Of a stretch of 53,836 nt of DNA, positions 1-8,871 are shown piece by piece. Below the pieces are notes generated by a model. That model saw only the letters and a program-made list of their open reading frames with translations. It did not search any database and was not told the origin of the DNA. Origin of the DNA: Pirellulales bacterium. Its GTDB lineage: Bacteria; Planctomycetota; Planctomycetia; Pirellulales; UBA1268. The stretch lies in assembly GCA_044234625.1 (NCBI GenBank), contig JBIIIP010000004.1, forward strand, positions 1 through 53,836, given 5' to 3'. Position numbers and translations under genes: made by a program. Positions within the stretch are counted from its first letter, which is position 1. Each line of letters starts with the position of its first letter.

Positions 1-412
1 AGAAGCCGCGCAGCTCGGGATCCGTCACGTGCTCGGCGAGCGTGGAAAACCGCTCGCAGCTGCGGGCCTCGATGAGGCCCGCAACAAGCAGCCGGTCCAC
101 CGCCCGGGCCGGCTCGTCCTTGCGGATCAGCTCGTGGAGACGCTGCCCGTAGCTGCTCGGCTTGAGCTTACGAAACGGAATGCCGCGCCGCTCCAGGAGG
201 TCGAGCACGAGCCGGAAATGCTCCAGTTCCTCGTTCACGATCTCCGCCATGGCACGGGCCAGAGCCACGTCGTCGACGTAGGAGAAGAGCAGGTTCATGG
301 CCACGCCCGCGGCCTTCTTCTCGCAGTGGGCGTGGTCGATCAGGATCTCGTCGAGGCCGGCATCGACCTGGTCGAGCCAGCGCTGCGCGGAGGCGGAATG
401 GAGGCTGAGCAT
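1..412 (-). CDS. miaE: tRNA-(ms[2]io[6]A)-hydroxylase MiaE, 3' end runs off the window
   Basis: Hand translation from ATG at 412: MLSLHSASAQRWLDQV...LIDHAHCEKKAA...EELEHF...LIEARSCERF, the MiaE di-iron motifs. Absent from the ORF track because it has no stop in the window. Confidence 0.9.
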   Translation of the reverse strand, partial: MLSLHSASAQRWLDQVDAGLDEILIDHAHCEKKAAGVAMNLLFSYVDDVALARAMAEIVNEELEHFRLVLDLLERRGIPFRKLKPSSYGQRLHELIRKDEPARAVDRLLVAGLIEARSCERFSTLAEHVTDPELRGF

Positions 413-487
413 AGGGGTGAATTGCGGAGTGGTTCCGCGGCGGGCATGATACTCGTCCGCGTCCGATCCGTGCGCCGCGAGAACGCG

Positions 488-892
488 ATGATCGCATTTG
501 ACCGCCCCGCCGACGAGTCCGCCCGAGCCACGGACCGCAACGTCCTGGGAGGCCCGCTCGTCGCCTGTTCGCGGGAGCCGCTCACGGGTTTCTTCCGCGA
601 TGGGTGCTGTCGCACGGGGCCGGCCGACGTCGGCGTGCACACGGTCTGCGCGATGATGACGAAGGAGTTTCTCGAGTTCACCGTGGCCGCCGGCAACGAC
701 CTGGTCACCCCGCGGCCCGAATACGCCTTCGCGGGCCTCGTCGCCGGCGACCGCTGGTGCCTCTGCGCCGCGCGGTGGCTGGAAGCGGCGCAGGCGGGTC
801 GCGCGCCACCCGTGATTCTGGAGGCCACGCACGAAAAGGCGCTCGCCGTCGTGCCGCTCGCGATGCTCCAGGAGCATGCCTTCGCTCCGTGA
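488..892 (+). CDS. DUF2237 family protein
   Basis: NVLGGPLVAC...TGFFRDGCC...HTVCA...GNDLVTP...GDRWCLCAARW...ATH motifs. Start moved to ATG 488 within ORF 29..892, whose 5' part is the antisense of miaE. Confidence 0.88.
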   Translation: MIAFDRPADESARATDRNVLGGPLVACSREPLTGFFRDGCCRTGPADVGVHTVCAMMTKEFLEFTVAAGNDLVTPRPEYAFAGLVAGDRWCLCAARWLEAAQAGRAPPVILEATHEKALAVVPLAMLQEHAFAP

Positions 893-1638
893 TGCATCTC
901 GTTCTGCCCGTTGCGGTCGGCATCGTGGCGTTGCTCTACGCGGCGGTGGGGCATGCCGGTGCCACCGGCTACATCGCCGTCATGACCCTGCTCGGGCTGC
1001 CGCAGCCGGTCATTCGCCCGACGGCGCTCTCGCTCAATGTGCTCGTGGCCACGATCGCGACGGTGCAGTTCTTCCGGGCGGGTCATTTCCGCGGCCGTCT
1101 CCTCTGGCCGCTGGCCGTCGCCAGCGTGCCGTGCGCAGCGCTCGGCGGCGCGATCGATTTGCCGATGCGGGTCTTCGAGCAGGTTGTCGGCATCGTGCTG
1201 CTGTTCTCGGCCGTGCAGATCGGCGGCATCGCCGTGCTCGGGGGCCGCGAGGCGGACTCGACAGGAGAAGGCCGCCAGGTGCCGTCCGCGGGCCTGGCCG
1301 CGCTGGGGGGTGCCATCGGTCTCTTGTCCGGGCTCACGGGAGTGGGGGGAGGCGTGTTTCTCACGCCGACGTTGCTCCTACTCCGTGCCGCGCCCATCAA
1401 GGAGATTGCGGCAATCACGGCCCCGTTCATCCTCGTCAATTCCCTGTCGGGACTCGCCGGCGGAATCGTGGCCGGCCGGGGGCTCGCAGCCGTCAGCCTG
1501 CCCGTGATCGGGGCGGCGATCGTGGGGGGGGCGGTGGGCGCGCAACTCGGAGCCTTCCGGATGCCGGCGCAAGCGCTGCGGCTCGTGCTTGCGGGCGTGC
1601 TCGGCTTCGCCAGCCTGAAATTGCTCGGCGGGGGCTGA
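892..1638 (+). CDS. Sulfite exporter TauE/SafE family membrane protein
   Basis: LYAAVGHAGATGY and GLLSGLTGVGGGVFLTP motifs, several hydrophobic helices. ATG overlaps the upstream stop (TGATG). Confidence 0.88.
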   Translation: MHLVLPVAVGIVALLYAAVGHAGATGYIAVMTLLGLPQPVIRPTALSLNVLVATIATVQFFRAGHFRGRLLWPLAVASVPCAALGGAIDLPMRVFEQVVGIVLLFSAVQIGGIAVLGGREADSTGEGRQVPSAGLAALGGAIGLLSGLTGVGGGVFLTPTLLLLRAAPIKEIAAITAPFILVNSLSGLAGGIVAGRGLAAVSLPVIGAAIVGGAVGAQLGAFRMPAQALRLVLAGVLGFASLKLLGGG

Positions 1639-1726
1639 TAGTGCGGCCGCTTTTCGCCTTCTTTCGGCGGGCAGGGCTTTGGTAATGTCCCTTTCCCTAT
1701 CCTGTTTCCCGCGGGGTTGCCTGCTC

Positions 1727-2569
1727 ATGCGTGCGCTGTTTCGAATCGTCTCTGCGGTCGTCGGCTGCGGACTCTTCGCCGTTGGTGCCGGGCATGCGGC
1801 CGATGGGGTCGCGCTGCGGGTGGAGAGCGAGGTGTTCGTCGACGATACGGGTGAGCCTGCATCGCGCAGCCTGACGCTCTTTGACGGTGAGACGACCTGG
1901 GATTTTCTGGCGGCGTCCGCTGGCAAGGACGAGGCCGCCGCAGGAGTCGCCGGCTGTCGGCAGATCATCCTTCACGATCCGGCGCGCGAACGCTTGGTCG
2001 CGCTCGACCCACGGCTCAAGGTGAAGACGCAGATCGATTGCCTGCGGCTGGAGCGACTCAGCGCCTCGCTCGGCAAGTGGGCCCGGTCGGCTGATGACAA
2101 GCTCATCCGCTGGGCGGGCGACGTCGATATCGGCAGCGGCATCGTCGCCCGCGATGGCGCCATCGAATTGAAGGGGCCCCGGGTCTGCTACACGGTGGAG
2201 TATGCCGATGCGCCGAGCCCCGCGGCGGCAGATGCCTACCGTGGCTTCGCCGACACCGCGATCCTGCTCAAGGCGCTCCTCCAGCCCGGCGGCCTGCCGC
2301 CCTTCCCCCGGCTGGCGATCAATCGCCATGTGGCCGCCACCGGCGGGATTCCCAGCGAGGTGAGGCTGGAACTCGGCGGCCCCCTTCCGCTGCTCGGGGC
2401 ATCGTCCGCCACGCTGCGCAGCGTGCACCGCACACTGTCGGGAATCACCGACGCCGATCGCAGGCAGATCGACGATGCCGCTGCGCTGATGGCCGTGGCC
2501 GAAGAGCTCGATCTCGCCGGATTCATCGACCGCCGAGCCACCGATGAGGTGGCGAGGCGTGGTTCCTGA
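1727..2569 (+). CDS. Hypothetical secreted protein
   Basis: Signal-peptide-like start MRALFRIVSAVVGCGLFAVGAGHA-AD; fills the gap with coding-like composition; no family recognised. Confidence 0.65.
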   Translation: MRALFRIVSAVVGCGLFAVGAGHAADGVALRVESEVFVDDTGEPASRSLTLFDGETTWDFLAASAGKDEAAAGVAGCRQIILHDPARERLVALDPRLKVKTQIDCLRLERLSASLGKWARSADDKLIRWAGDVDIGSGIVARDGAIELKGPRVCYTVEYADAPSPAAADAYRGFADTAILLKALLQPGGLPPFPRLAINRHVAATGGIPSEVRLELGGPLPLLGASSATLRSVHRTLSGITDADRRQIDDAAALMAVAEELDLAGFIDRRATDEVARRGS

Positions 2570-2759
2570 AGCGTGTTCTCGGGGTGAGCCGGGTGTCCTG
2601 AACCGGCCCTGCCGGCACCAGCCCGCCCGTCGGCACAACGCGCGCAGGTGGCCCCTCGCAGCGGGCCCCCAAGAAAGTCTGCCGGACCGGACGATGTTCC
2701 CTGTGGCTCACATCTTTCCCAACCCGCAGTCGTGTGAAACTGCCACCGGCCGCAGGAAG

Positions 2760-2791
2760 TTGACAAGCGTACAGTATCTCCGCTCTATTAT
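2760..2791 (+). promoter_or_regulatory. Possible sigma70-type promoter for csrA
   Basis: Perfect TTGACA at 2760-2765 and TATTAT at 2786-2791 in an AT-rich patch, but the 20-nt spacer is longer than optimal. Confidence 0.3.
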
Positions 2792-2816
2792 TTCCCCATT
2801 CATTACGGAGGCTCTC

Positions 2817-3038
2817 ATGCTGGTCCTTTCCCGCAAGCAGAATGAACGGATTCGTGTCGGCGATTCGGTGGTGGTGACGGTGGTCCGCGTCAGCGGCGAC
2901 AAGGTGCGGATCGGAATCGAGGCGCCGCCGAACGTGCGGGTGCTGCGGGATGAGCTGGAGGATGAATCTCTCGGCGAGGTACAGCTGATTCTTTCAGACG
3001 ACCTGCCCTTGCCGCGGATGCTCGGCTTCACGGGCTGA
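2817..3038 (+). CDS. csrA: Carbon storage regulator CsrA
   Basis: MLVLSRKQNERIRVGDSVVVTVVRVSGDKVRIGIEAPPNVRVLRDEL; GGAGG SD upstream. Confidence 0.93.
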   Translation: MLVLSRKQNERIRVGDSVVVTVVRVSGDKVRIGIEAPPNVRVLRDELEDESLGEVQLILSDDLPLPRMLGFTG

Positions 3039-3098
3039 TCGGGCGTGTGGCCGTTACCCGGTTTGCCGGGTTGCAGCACTCGGATTCACAATGCCGGC

Positions 3099-3821
3099 AT
3101 GAAGCAGGGCGTTTCCATGAAGCCGGCCGCGGCGTCCGGTGCCGCGAGGTGGCCGCGACGGTTGGCCGCCGCGAGTGGTGCGGCCACGGTGCTGGCGATC
3201 CTGGTGCTCGGCTTGCTGGCCCGCCACGAACCTGCCTTCTACGGGTCCGCCGCGGTGGCGGCCGCCTCGGCGGCGGTGGAGTTGAATGCCAGGCGGATGT
3301 TGTCGAAGGCGTCCTCAATGCACGCAGCGATCCGGAGTGCGGCCCCGTGGGATGCGGTGATCACAGCGGATGAAGTCAATGCCTGGCTGGCGGTCGACCT
3401 GCCCCGCAACCACTCCCAGCTCCTGCCCGCCAACACGTCGGCCCTGCGGGTCGCCTTCGCGCCCCACCGCGTGCTGGCGGGCGTGCGGCTCGGTTCTGGG
3501 GTGTTCTCCGCGGTGGCGTGGGTCGATGCCGAGGTGCGGCTCTGCGGTGTCAACCAGGTCGGCCTCGGCCTCGTCGACGCCCGCCTGGGGAGCCTCCCCC
3601 TGCCGCGTGCCGCGCTCATCCGGGAACTCGCCCGGCAGCTCCACGCCCTTGGGCTGGTGACGGACCTGCGCTGGGGAGAAAGCGGGCCGCTGCTGGTCGT
3701 CTCCGCACCGGCCACCTACGATGCCGCACCGGGAGCCCGCCTGGAGATGCTCGCAGTCGGCGACGGCGAGTTGCTGCTCGCGGGCGGCGGGCCCGGCCGC
3801 AACGGAGCCGAACGGAAATGA
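3099..3821 (+). CDS. Hypothetical membrane-anchored protein
   Basis: One N-terminal hydrophobic segment; stop overlaps the next ATG (ATGA). Start could be 3099 or 3117. Confidence 0.65.
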   Translation: MKQGVSMKPAAASGAARWPRRLAAASGAATVLAILVLGLLARHEPAFYGSAAVAAASAAVELNARRMLSKASSMHAAIRSAAPWDAVITADEVNAWLAVDLPRNHSQLLPANTSALRVAFAPHRVLAGVRLGSGVFSAVAWVDAEVRLCGVNQVGLGLVDARLGSLPLPRAALIRELARQLHALGLVTDLRWGESGPLLVVSAPATYDAAPGARLEMLAVGDGELLLAGGGPGRNGAERK

Positions 3822-5206
3822 TGCAGCTGCGATTTCTCGGCGCCGCAGGGATGGTCTCGGGGTCGCGGCACCTCCTCGAGGTCGATGGCGCGAGGGTGCT
3901 ATTCGATTGCGGCCTTTTCCAGGGCGACAAACGGCTCCGGGAGCTGAACTGGGATCGCTTTCCCGTGCCGGCGGAATCGATCGACGCCGTCGTGCTCACC
4001 CATGCCCACATCGACCATTCGGGCTGGCTGCCCCGGCTGTCGCGGGAGGGTTTCAAGGGGCGAATCTACACGTCCCCCGCCGCAGCCGACCTCCTCGGCT
4101 TGTTGCTCTACGATGCCGCCAAATGCCAGGAGGAGGATGCCCTTTACGCCAACCGCAAGGGCTATGCCAAGCACCGGCCCGCGCTGCCGCTCTTCGACGA
4201 GCGCGACGTGGACCGCGCCCTGCGGCTGGTGCGGGATGTGCCCCGCGGAGAATGGTTCGAGGCGGCGGCTGGTGTCCGGTGCCGATTCCACGACGCGGGC
4301 CACATGCTCGGCAGTTCGTTCGTGGAGGTGGAGGCCCGGGCGGCCGCGGGAACAAGGCGGATCGTCTTTTCCGGCGACGTCGGCCGGTATGACGCCCCCC
4401 TGCTCCACGATCCCGCGGCTCCGCCCGCCTGCGATTACCTCGTCTGCGAGAGCACGTATGGCGACCGCAACCATCCTCCCAGCCGGCCGCTGGAGGAATT
4501 GGAGGCTGTCACGAAGGAGGCGATCGAGCGCGGCGGCATGATGCTCGTCGCGTCGTTCGCCGTGGGCCGTGCCCAGCAACTGGTCTACCTGCTGCGCACC
4601 CTGATCGCGGCCCGGCGGATACCGGAGGTGCCGGTGTGGGTGGATTCGCCGATGGCCGTCGATGCCATGGAAGTCTTTCGCCGCCATGCGGCGGAACACG
4701 ATTTCAGCGAGGCACTGGCGCAGGGCGTGGCCGAGGCGATGGCAGCGCCGTTCGCGCGGCTCGCAAAGACGGCCAACGAATCCAAGGCCATCAATGCCCA
4801 CGACGGGCCCGGCGTGATCATCGCCTCCAGCGGCATGATGAATGGCGGCCGCATCCTCCACCACCTCGCCCAGCGGCTCCCCGACCCGCAGACGACGGTG
4901 CTCGTGGCGGGCTTCCAGGCGGTGGGAACCCGCGGGCGGACGCTCGTCGATGGCGCCCGTTTCCTGCGGATCCACGGCCGCGACATCCCCGTCCGGGCCG
5001 CCATCCGCCGCATCGACGCCCTGTCGGGGCATGCCGACCGCACCGAAATCGGCCGGTGGCTCGGCGGTATGCCGGCCCCGCGGCGGACATTTCTCGTCCA
5101 TGGCGAGCCCCCCGCCGCGAAAGGCATGGCAGACTTCTTGATGAAGAGCCGCGGCTGGGATGTCCACGTGCCGAGGCTCACGGAAACGGTCGACCTCATC
5201 GGATGA
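3818..5206 (+). CDS. MBL-fold metallo-hydrolase, beta-CASP ribonuclease family
   Basis: FLGAAGMVSGS, DCGLFQG, THAHIDHSG, AGHMLGS, FSGDVG, ESTYGDR, SFAVGRAQ, SGHAD and LVHGE motifs. Confidence 0.93.
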   Translation: MMQLRFLGAAGMVSGSRHLLEVDGARVLFDCGLFQGDKRLRELNWDRFPVPAESIDAVVLTHAHIDHSGWLPRLSREGFKGRIYTSPAAADLLGLLLYDAAKCQEEDALYANRKGYAKHRPALPLFDERDVDRALRLVRDVPRGEWFEAAAGVRCRFHDAGHMLGSSFVEVEARAAAGTRRIVFSGDVGRYDAPLLHDPAAPPACDYLVCESTYGDRNHPPSRPLEELEAVTKEAIERGGMMLVASFAVGRAQQLVYLLRTLIAARRIPEVPVWVDSPMAVDAMEVFRRHAAEHDFSEALAQGVAEAMAAPFARLAKTANESKAINAHDGPGVIIASSGMMNGGRILHHLAQRLPDPQTTVLVAGFQAVGTRGRTLVDGARFLRIHGRDIPVRAAIRRIDALSGHADRTEIGRWLGGMPAPRRTFLVHGEPPAAKGMADFLMKSRGWDVHVPRLTETVDLIG

Positions 5207-6159
5207 TGCCCATGGCGAAGAAGTCAAAACATGAAAAACCGGCCACCCCTCCCCCCGCGCGGCCCAAGGTCTGCGACATCCTTCCCGACACCGTCCTTGG
5301 CGACGACGTGGCGCTCGTCGCCGAGAACATGGAGCGGATCCTTTCGTCGCCGAGCTACAGCCTTGCCCAGGAGGACCGCAGCCTCTTGGAGCGGGTCGAG
5401 ATGCGCGGCGTGCGGATGCTGCTCGAGCTCGGCAAGCCGGAGCTGGCATTCCTCGAAGACAACATCGTCTCGACGGTGATTGTCTTCGGCGGAACGCAGA
5501 TCGTGGAACGGCACGCCGCCGAACGCCGCCTGTCGGAGTCCCGCCGCGCCGCACAGGCCAGGCCCGGCGACAAGAGACTCAAGCGCGAGATGGAGCGGAG
5601 CGAACGGCTGCTGGCGATGAGCGGCTATTACGACGCCGCCCGCGAGTTCGCCCGCATCGTCTCCATCGACAACCAGTGCGAGGACCAGCGCGACTACGTC
5701 ATCGTGACCGGCGGTGGGCCGGGGCTCATGGAGGCCGCCAACCGGGGCGCCTTCGATGTCGGCTGCAAGTCGATCGGGCTGAATATCAAGCTCCCGGCCG
5801 AGCAGCAGCCCAATCCGTTCATCACGCCCGAGCTGTGCTTCCAGTTCAAGTATTTCGCCCTGCGGAAGTTTCATTTCATCCTCCGCTCCGTCGCCGTGGT
5901 GCTCTTTCCCGGCGGGTTCGGCACGCTGGACGAGATGTTCGAGACGCTCACGCTCCGGCAGACGCACCGCATGCAGCCGGTGCCGATCATCCTCTTCGGC
6001 CGCGACTATTGGTCGCGGGTGATCAACTTCCAATTCCTGGCCGATTCGGGAGTCATCACCGACGAGCATCTCGACCTGTTTTCCTACGCGGAGACTCCCG
6101 AGGAAGCGTGGCAGCAGATTCTCGACTTCCACGTCCGGGCGAAGGCCACGGCGGACTGA
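5203..6159 (+). CDS. LOG family (TIGR00730) nucleotide phosphoribohydrolase
   Basis: TGGGPGLMEAANRGA, EQQPNPF, FKYFALRK and PGGFGTLDE motifs; start overlaps the MBL stop. Confidence 0.92.
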   Translation: MMPMAKKSKHEKPATPPPARPKVCDILPDTVLGDDVALVAENMERILSSPSYSLAQEDRSLLERVEMRGVRMLLELGKPELAFLEDNIVSTVIVFGGTQIVERHAAERRLSESRRAAQARPGDKRLKREMERSERLLAMSGYYDAAREFARIVSIDNQCEDQRDYVIVTGGGPGLMEAANRGAFDVGCKSIGLNIKLPAEQQPNPFITPELCFQFKYFALRKFHFILRSVAVVLFPGGFGTLDEMFETLTLRQTHRMQPVPIILFGRDYWSRVINFQFLADSGVITDEHLDLFSYAETPEEAWQQILDFHVRAKATAD

Positions 6160-6186
6160 GCGGGGATCACCACCGGCCCAACGGGC

Positions 6187-7953
6187 TCAGCCGGGCAGCC
6201 GGAGGGTGAAGGTGCTTCCCGCACCGGGCGTGCTCGCGACGGACACGGTGCCTTGGTGGGCCTGGACGATGTGCTTCACGATCGACAGGCCCAGGCCGGT
6301 GCCCCCTTGGACTCGGCTGCGCCCTTTGTCGACGCGATAGAACCGCTCGAAGAGCCGCGGGAGATGCTCGGGAGCGATGCCGCAGCCCTCGTCGTGGACG
6401 GAGATCCGCAGCCATTCGTCGTCGCGTGCCGCCGCGACGCGGATCGTGCCGCCTGCTTCTCTGGCGTGAATGGCATTGTCGACGAGATTGATCACGGCTT
6501 GTTCGAGGAGCGGAGCGTTGACGAGCCCGTCGACCGCCGGGTCGCAGTCGACTTCCAGCATGATCCGGCGGTCCGTGGCGCGTGGGAGGCAGTCGTTGGC
6601 CGCGGTCTGCAGCACCGCGGCGATCGGGGTTCGTTCGACAGGCAGGGCCCCGGCGCCCTCGCTCTGCTCGATCCGCGACAACGCCAGGAGGTCCTCGATG
6701 ATCGCCTCCAGGCGATCAGCCTGGCGGGCGATGATCCCCAGAAACCGCCTGCAGTCTTCCGGGTCATCGGCCGCCCCGTCCAGGAGCGTCTCCACAAAGC
6801 CCTTGATCGAGGCGACCGGGGTCTTCAGTTCGTGCGACACGTTGGCCACGAAGTCGCGGCGCACGGTTTCGAGCCGTTTGAGGTCGGTCACGTCATTGAG
6901 CACGATCACGGCCCCCCCCTCCCCCGAGACGTCGCGGAGCGCCGTGCCACGGACCCGGATCGTGCGGTCGCGCGGGCCGGGGAGAACGATGTCGTCCTCG
7001 ACCGGCTCGCGGCAGTCGATGGCCCGGAGCGCGAACCGTCGAAGGTCTGGATTGCGGATCAGGTCCTGCATCGGCCGGCCGACGACGGCGTCGAGATCGA
7101 GGCCGAGCAGGTCGGCAGCCGCGCGATTGATGCCCACGACACGTTGCCGCGCGTCGATGGCCAGCACGCCCTCGATCATGCTGTCGAGCACGGCCTCCTG
7201 CTCCGTATCCTGGCGGCCGATCGTCAGGCCGCGTTCCACGAGCTGCTCGCGGAGCGTGTGCACCGCAGACGCGAGCTGCGCGAGTTCATCGACCTCAGGC
7301 GTGGGAAGCGGCGCGTTGAAATCGCCCGCCGCCACCCGCGACGCCGCCTGGGCGAGATCCCGCACCGGCCGCACCGCCCGCGTTGCCAGAGCTGCCGCCA
7401 AGGCCAGGGCTCCGGCGCCGCAGAGCAAGCAGCCGGCGAGCAGCGATCGCTGCGCGGCTGCGAGCTCGAGGTCGGACGATCCGGTGTCGCTCACCAGGAG
7501 GAGGATGCCCGAGGTGCGGGGCGGCTTGCCGATGGGCACGGCCATCGTGAGGCGGCGGCGGCTGGTGCCGACATCGTAGGTGCTGGCCGTCGTCGACCGG
7601 CCGGCACGGGCGTCCGCCAGCGCAGGCTCCGAGAGCAGGCGGATGCCGGGGGTGACGCCGCGGTCGCCCGTGCCCGGCGCGGCCAGCACCGTGCCGTCAA
7701 GTGCCAGGAGACTCATGTCGACGCCCGCGGCCCGCTGGACGGGGTCGGCGGCGGAGGCGAAGCCGCCGGGATCCAGGGCGGTGACGCCTTCGGGGAGCAT
7801 GGCCGCCGCGGCATCGCTCATCCGCCGCAGCAGCTTGGCGTCTGCCAGCCGCGCGACCTCCACGGAAGCCACCCAGAAGCAGCCAGCCAGGACGGCGGCC
7901 GTGACCGCGGCCAGGGCGGTGAAGATCTGCCAGATGAACCGCAGGCGGGGCAT
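6187..7953 (-). CDS. phoR: PhoR-like sensor histidine kinase (TM-HAMP-PAS-HisKA-HATPase)
   Basis: RRDFVANVSHELKTP H-box, NLVDNA, DEGCGI, LFERFYRVDKGRSR, GGTGLGLSIVKH; PAS segment SMIEGVLAID. Confidence 0.85.
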   Translation of the reverse strand: MPRLRFIWQIFTALAAVTAAVLAGCFWVASVEVARLADAKLLRRMSDAAAAMLPEGVTALDPGGFASAADPVQRAAGVDMSLLALDGTVLAAPGTGDRGVTPGIRLLSEPALADARAGRSTTASTYDVGTSRRRLTMAVPIGKPPRTSGILLLVSDTGSSDLELAAAQRSLLAGCLLCGAGALALAAALATRAVRPVRDLAQAASRVAAGDFNAPLPTPEVDELAQLASAVHTLREQLVERGLTIGRQDTEQEAVLDSMIEGVLAIDARQRVVGINRAAADLLGLDLDAVVGRPMQDLIRNPDLRRFALRAIDCREPVEDDIVLPGPRDRTIRVRGTALRDVSGEGGAVIVLNDVTDLKRLETVRRDFVANVSHELKTPVASIKGFVETLLDGAADDPEDCRRFLGIIARQADRLEAIIEDLLALSRIEQSEGAGALPVERTPIAAVLQTAANDCLPRATDRRIMLEVDCDPAVDGLVNAPLLEQAVINLVDNAIHAREAGGTIRVAAARDDEWLRISVHDEGCGIAPEHLPRLFERFYRVDKGRSRVQGGTGLGLSIVKHIVQAHQGTVSVASTPGAGSTFTLRLPG

Positions 7954-7975
7954 GGCGAGTCCGGAGGTGGACGGA

Positions 7976-8665
7976 TCACGCCCGGAATCGATATCCCACG
8001 CCCCGGACGGTTTCAATGTAGGGACCGAAGGCCCCAAGTTTCTTGCGCAGGCCGGCCACTTGCACGTCGACCGAACGCTCCGTCACAGGATAATCCTCCC
8101 CCTTCACCGCGTCGACGATCTGCGTCCGCGAAAAGGCCCAACCCGGCCGCTTGGCGAGAAAATGCAGGAGCGCGAACTCCGTGTAGGTGAGCGAGAGGGG
8201 CTGGCCGGCGAGCATCACTTCATGACGCCCGGGGTGGATGACGAGTTCGGCGACGGCGATCGTGGCCTCCATGTCGGCCTGACGCTCGGCCTCCTTCCGC
8301 CGCAGCAGGGCCTTGATCCGCGCCGCCAGCACCCGCGGGCTGAAGGGCTTGGTGACGTAGTCATCGGCCCCGCGCTCCAGCCCGGCGATCATGTCGCTCT
8401 CCTCGCTCTTCGCCGTGAGCATGATGATGGGGATGTCGCGAGTCTTCGAGTCGCCCTTGAGCCGCCGGCAGACCTCCAGCCCGTCGATCAAGGGCAGCAT
8501 GAGGTCGAGCACGATCAGGTCGGGAGGCTGCCGCCGCGCGGTCTTGAGAGCCTCGTCCCCCGTGGTCACGCAGGTGACGCGGTAGCCTTCCTTGAGAAGG
8601 TTGTAGCGGACGAGCTCCAGCAGGTCTTCCTCGTCATCGACGACGAGAATCTGACGTCCGGGCAT
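7976..8665 (-). CDS. phoB: OmpR/PhoB family response regulator
   Basis: ILVVDDE, LDLMLP, IIMLTAK, GADDYVTKPFSP, RSVDVQV, IETVRGVGYRF. Alternative start at ATG 8749. Confidence 0.88.
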   Translation of the reverse strand: MPGRQILVVDDEEDLLELVRYNLLKEGYRVTCVTTGDEALKTARRQPPDLIVLDLMLPLIDGLEVCRRLKGDSKTRDIPIIMLTAKSEESDMIAGLERGADDYVTKPFSPRVLAARIKALLRRKEAERQADMEATIAVAELVIHPGRHEVMLAGQPLSLTYTEFALLHFLAKRPGWAFSRTQIVDAVKGEDYPVTERSVDVQVAGLRKKLGAFGPYIETVRGVGYRFRA

Positions 8666-8757
8666 CGGGTCGAGCGGTCTCGTCTTTGCCGGCGAATGCT
8701 TCACGTCCGCTCCGTGGCTCGCGTCGGTCGAACACATCGAGGTGATCATGGTGGCCG

Positions 8758-8804
8758 AGTGTATCGCCCGACCGCCAGATGAATGCCCGTTAGTTTTACG
8801 TTAG
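8758..8804 (-). promoter_or_regulatory. Putative promoter with 11-bp-periodic direct repeats (Pho-box-like)
   Basis: Minus strand: CTAAC (8804-8800), CTAAC (8793-8789), TCATC (8782-8778), then TACACT -10 at 8763-8758. Confidence 0.45.
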
Positions 8805-8871
8805 GTGCGTCACTCGTGCGGAGCGGCTCGGCCACCGGGCGGAAAAGGCCGCAGAGGCTCTTCCCGCGGGC

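Noticed and set aside
29-487. N-terminal extension of the DUF2237 ORF
   Set aside because: It is the antisense of miaE; family similarity starts only after ATG 488.
2570-2750. Long intergenic region above csrA as an sRNA, riboswitch or sigma54 promoter
   Set aside because: Only a weak GG-N10-GC match without TTGC, and too few GGA hairpins for a CsrB-like RNA.
6253-8782. Long plus-strand ORFs (645 aa, 400 aa) opposite phoR/phoB
   Set aside because: Antisense shadows typical of high-GC codon bias; no protein motifs.
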